Origin: Gammaproteobacteria bacterium
GTDB taxonomy: Bacteria > Pseudomonadota > Gammaproteobacteria > GCA-001735895
NCBI GenBank assembly: GCA_050298595.1
Contig: JBNKUM010000115.1
Coordinates: forward strand, 32,001 to 96,000
Direction: 5' to 3'
DNA: 64,000 nt
Position 1 is the first letter of the stretch. Every line of letters begins with the position of its first letter. The notes beneath the pieces are model-generated. The model had not been told where the DNA came from and made no database searches. It was given only the letters and a program-made list of their open reading frames with translations. Positions 62,768 to 64,000 of this stretch are shown in pieces. Both the position numbers and the translations under genes were made by a program.

Positions 62768-64000
62768 ATGCTAAGAAAACATTTCGACAGCTTGCTTAAA
62801 GGCGCATTTATAATTTTTACCTTTTCTTTACTGTTTGGCTGCCAGACAACCAGTATCAGTAAGCCTGTGTCTGCAGGTAAAACAACGGCTGAAGATATAC
62901 TGATTGCACGCCATTTCGAAGAAAATTTGCAATGGGATCATGCAGCAGAAATGTATCGATACATAGCAAATCAATCGCAACAACCTGATAAATCTGTATA
63001 TCTGCAAAAAACAGCTCTGATGTTATACAGGGCGGGCCGTAGCGATGAGATCGAAGCTTTTTACCAGGACTTGCCAGAGGGGGCGTTAGCTGAAACCGAA
63101 TTTCAGAAAAAGGAGATCATACTCGCTGGCAGTTATCTTAATCAGGGAAAGATTTACCAGGGGCTTGGGTACCTGCCAGATCTGGACACGATTAGCGATC
63201 CTGTCTATAAGGTACTGGCTCTTAACATTCGATCCAGCGGTGTATTGGCAGTAGGCAAACCGTTAGAAAGTGCACAATTACGGATCGAGATTAGTCAGTA
63301 TCTAAGCACTGAATTAGAACAACGACAGAATGATGAGGCCATTTGGGATGCAATCAATCGCATTAGTGAATCCAGCATCATCAAAAACCTTTCCAAAAAG
63401 CAAGCCACGGATCTGCGCGGATGGCTAGAACTTAACCTGATTGCTCGCCGCTCCAACATGATCCCGGCCAAGATAGAACCCTGGCTACAAAAATGGAGCG
63501 AACTTTATCCTGAACATCAGGCAAATTTGTATTTTGTTGAAAAGCTGCGCGCAGACAGCCGCATGATTTTTATCAAACCAACTCGTATCGCACTTATGCT
63601 TCCATTCGATGACAAGCTGCACAACGTATCAGAGGCGATTCAAAATGGTTTTCTTCACGCTTACTATAACGACCCCGAACAAAAGCCAATGCTGGAAATT
63701 ATTAATGTCAGCAGTAATCCGCAGGACTTTTACCTTCAATACAATCAGGCCATTCAAAATGGTGCTGATTTTATAGTGGGGCCTCTGGATAAAAAACTGG
63801 TGAATGAGCTGTTACTCAATAAAGAATTAAAAATACCAACTTTAACGTTGAACTATGCTGATGATGATAGCTATGGCGTCAATAACCTGTTTCAGTTTGG
63901 CCTGCGCCCCGAGGATGAAGCCGAGCAAATTGCCGACTACGCACTGGTAAATGCTCATTACTATGCCATTACTTTAACTCCAGATACTACTCTTGGGAAA
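62768..64000 (+). CDS. lpoA: Penicillin-binding protein activator LpoA (3'-truncated)
   Basis: Not in the ORF track because it runs off the window. Lipobox LFGC, LRGWLEL, IALMLP, IVGPLDK, FQFGLRPEDEA; divergent from rsmI. Confidence 0.88.
   Translation, partial: MLRKHFDSLLKGAFIIFTFSLLFGCQTTSISKPVSAGKTTAEDILIARHFEENLQWDHAAEMYRYIANQSQQPDKSVYLQKTALMLYRAGRSDEIEAFYQDLPEGALAETEFQKKEIILAGSYLNQGKIYQGLGYLPDLDTISDPVYKVLALNIRSSGVLAVGKPLESAQLRIEISQYLSTELEQRQNDEAIWDAINRISESSIIKNLSKKQATDLRGWLELNLIARRSNMIPAKIEPWLQKWSELYPEHQANLYFVEKLRADSRMIFIKPTRIALMLPFDDKLHNVSEAIQNGFLHAYYNDPEQKPMLEIINVSSNPQDFYLQYNQAIQNGADFIVGPLDKKLVNELLLNKELKIPTLTLNYADDDSYGVNNLFQFGLRPEDEAEQIADYALVNAHYYAITLTPDTTLGK

Noticed and set aside
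1-64000. CRISPR array, tRNA, rRNA, prophage or reverse transcriptase system
   Set aside because: No regularly spaced repeats, tRNA cloverleaf signatures, phage genes or RT motifs were seen by eye.

Overview
Chromosomal segment of a gammaproteobacterium. The gene order xerD-RDD-lptGF / pepA-holC...valS and a dcw cluster with murB between murC and ddl suggest a Chromatiales/Thiotrichales-like lineage (inference). The core content is xerD, lptFG, pepA-holC, valS-srkA, glycogen genes (glgC, malQ, glgP), the full mraZ-ftsZ cluster (no lpxC after ftsZ), rnpB, rsmI and a truncated lpoA. Two regions are accessory. At 1.2-9.7 kb lie an AT-rich stand-alone KAP NTPase with a structured upstream element, YbaK, a Tag-like glycosylase, RsgA, an SMR pump and a MerR regulator. 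A ~12.5 kb block splits holC from valS and holds several pseudogenes, a 1000-aa surface lipoprotein, a dead IS5 with a TAAGTA target duplication and a two-component system. The most unusual signal is a set of GGA-loop hairpin elements: a precise in-frame 48-bp insertion in the IS5 transposase, a ~290-nt multi-hairpin element and a perfect AGGA-loop hairpin after ftsZ. Other candidates are a multi-branch element next to the KAP NTPase, an ODP di-iron sensor / cytochrome c'-like divergon with an FNR-like box, an output-less Cache protein with a CDGSH motif, and a MerR gene with an internal RBS. No CRISPR array, integron, tRNA or rRNA was seen. All calls come from reading the sequence; no database searches were run.
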